A DNA stretch of 64,000 nt from Acidobacteriota bacterium (lineage in GTDB: Bacteria; Acidobacteriota; Vicinamibacteria; Vicinamibacterales; SCN-69-37). The notes under the pieces are model-generated. The model was given only the letters and a program-made list of their open reading frames with translations. It was not told where the DNA came from and made no database searches. Below are positions 62,780-64,000 of the stretch, piece by piece. Location: positions 52,130-116,129 of the forward strand of contig SYFT01000006.1 of NCBI GenBank assembly GCA_005799825.1, in the 5' to 3' direction. The translations under genes were made by a program, and so were the position numbers. Each line of letters opens with the position of its first letter. Within the stretch, counting starts at the first letter, position 1.

Positions 62780-64000
62780 GCGGTGGTGGGCGCCTTCCAT
62801 CGCGCTTCAAGACGACGGGCGACATACGCCACGGGCAGCGACATCGCGAGATAGAGGGTCGCGCACATCAGACCCGGGATAATCCAGCTGCCCATGTTGG
62901 TGGCGAAGATCTGGGTCTGTTTGGCCAGCTCCGGCACGGCGATCACCGACACCAGAGATGAATCCTTGAGCAACGCGACGAAGTCGTTGGTCATGGGCGC
63001 CAGCGCGGTGCGCAGCGCCTGAGGGGCACGCACCAGGCGCAGGACCTGCCCTTCGGTCAGGCCAAGCACACGGGCGGCGTCGAGCTGGGTCGTCGACACA
63101 GCTTCGAGAGCGCTTCGGTAGATTTCGCTCTCGTAGGCCGCGTAGTTGAGGCCCAGGCCGAGTACGGCTGCAATATAGGCGTCGAGTGTGATGACGCTGG
63201 CGATGCCATAATAAATGACGAACAGCTGCAGCAGGATGGGCGTGCCGCGCATGACCTCCACGTACGTGGTGAGCATCAGGCGCGTGGAGCGGCTGCCATA
63301 CACGCGGCCCACCGCGATGCCGATGCCCACGACTACCGCACCGACCATCGCCAGGCACGACAACCACAATGTGGTCCATGCCGCCTTTAACAGCTTGGGA
63401 AAAAACGCTCGCGTCGTCTCAAACCAGGAGAGGCGGGGGCCGGTCTCGCCTTGCGTGGCGTTCGACGCGGTCATCGCCTGAAACAGCTTCGGCTGATCGT
63501 CGTTCCACACGCCCGGTTGCTTGCGGAGGATCGCTTCAAGGCGGCCATCCCGCATGGCGCTGCGAAGGATGTCGTTGACTAGGTCGAGCATCCCTGGGTG
63601 TTTCGGCGACACGATCACGACATACTGGCTGGTGGCCACCGCCCCGGGGTGGGTATACAGACCTTTCTCACGCCGCACGGCACGGTCAGCCAACAGGTGG
63701 TCAAGCAACACCGCGTCCACGCGCCCAATCGCCAAATCACTGTACGGATACACATCATCGTCGTATGGCGTGGCAATGACGCCGGCGGTGCGGCCGAGAA
63801 TGTCGGCCGCAATCGTGCCCGAGAGCGTGGCCACCTTGCGACCGCCCAGGTCTGCGAGAGTCTTGAAGCGATCGCGGTCGGCCGCGCGCACCGTGAGCAC
63901 TTCCTTGAACTCGTAGTACGGGATGCTGGTGGGCACCATCCGTCGGCGGGCGGCCGTGTTCTCAATCCCGCTTAGGCCGATGGCGAAATCGCCGCGCAGG
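62776..64000 (-). CDS. fused periplasmic-binding-domain / permease component of a polar amino-acid ABC transporter; N-terminus beyond the right window edge
   Basis: The frame stays open upstream of the internal Met at 63939 to base 64000 (LRGDFAIGLSGIENTAARRRMVPTSIPYYEF is an SBP_bac_3 motif). The permease core follows (TYVEVMRGTPILLQLFVIYYG). Confidence 0.8.
   Translation of the reverse strand, partial: LRGDFAIGLSGIENTAARRRMVPTSIPYYEFKEVLTVRAADRDRFKTLADLGGRKVATLSGTIAADILGRTAGVIATPYDDDVYPYSDLAIGRVDAVLLDHLLADRAVRREKGLYTHPGAVATSQYVVIVSPKHPGMLDLVNDILRSAMRDGRLEAILRKQPGVWNDDQPKLFQAMTASNATQGETGPRLSWFETTRAFFPKLLKAAWTTLWLSCLAMVGAVVVGIGIAVGRVYGSRSTRLMLTTYVEVMRGTPILLQLFVIYYGIASVITLDAYIAAVLGLGLNYAAYESEIYRSALEAVSTTQLDAARVLGLTEGQVLRLVRAPQALRTALAPMTNDFVALLKDSSLVSVIAVPELAKQTQIFATNMGSWIIPGLMCATLYLAMSLPVAYVARRLEARWKAPTTA

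Noticed and set aside
1-64000. I looked for CRISPR arrays, tRNA/rRNA genes, IS elements, integrases, toxin-antitoxin pairs and recognisable defence genes.
   Set aside because: I found no spaced direct-repeat arrays, cloverleaf candidates, transposase or recombinase motifs. The only repeats are the short REP/MITE-like family and the 34-bp inverted repeat reported above.

Overview
High-GC segment (by eye about two thirds G+C), densely packed with about 50 protein-coding genes. The gene content looks like Acidobacteriota: three CarboxypepD_reg-type TonB-dependent receptors, three TIGR03436-like VWA paralogs, a DUF1800/DUF1501 pair and tandem PQQ-like beta-propellers. I found no rRNA, tRNA, CRISPR array, transposase, integrase or phage gene, so this reads as core or accessory chromosome rather than a mobile island.

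Blocks from left to right:
- An edge-truncated serine hydrolase that the ORF track misses.
- A VWA-like / sulfatase-TPR cluster.
- A CsoR-type regulator followed by a TonB-dependent receptor.
- A Bacillus-style TetR(FadR)-fadN-fadA-fadE beta-oxidation operon with two embedded alpha/beta hydrolases.
- DUF1684 plus three PQQ-propeller genes.
- A decayed serine-hydrolase pseudogene.
- An MFS / TonB-receptor / MFS block.
- YqaA, DUF1501, DUF1800 and an FAD oxidoreductase.
- An amino-acid permease with a DDAH/arginine-deiminase-fold enzyme.
- A third TonB receptor.
- A 3-hydroxyisobutyrate-dehydrogenase-family reductase.
- A DUF5107-TPR protein.
- Two-component-system debris next to CopC.
- A tightly coupled EVE / Fsr-MFS / P-loop kinase-like / small subunit / GMC oxidoreductase operon.
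- Permeases, an S51 peptidase, UPF0314, a lactate permease, DUF885-like and GGT-like proteins, and the start of an amino-acid ABC transporter.

I did not recognise a clear-cut new multi-gene system. The observations most worth a second look are:
1. A textbook CsoR-type palindrome placed in front of a TonB-dependent receptor rather than an efflux gene.
2. A 34-bp perfect inverted repeat that bridges the stop of one propeller gene and the signal-peptide coding region of the next.
3. A dispersed REP/MITE-like repeat family sitting just downstream of at least five genes.
4. The five-gene GMC operon, which includes an orphan kinase-like P-loop protein and an EVE-domain protein.

All functional calls rest on reading the translations and recalling family motifs. 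No database search was run.
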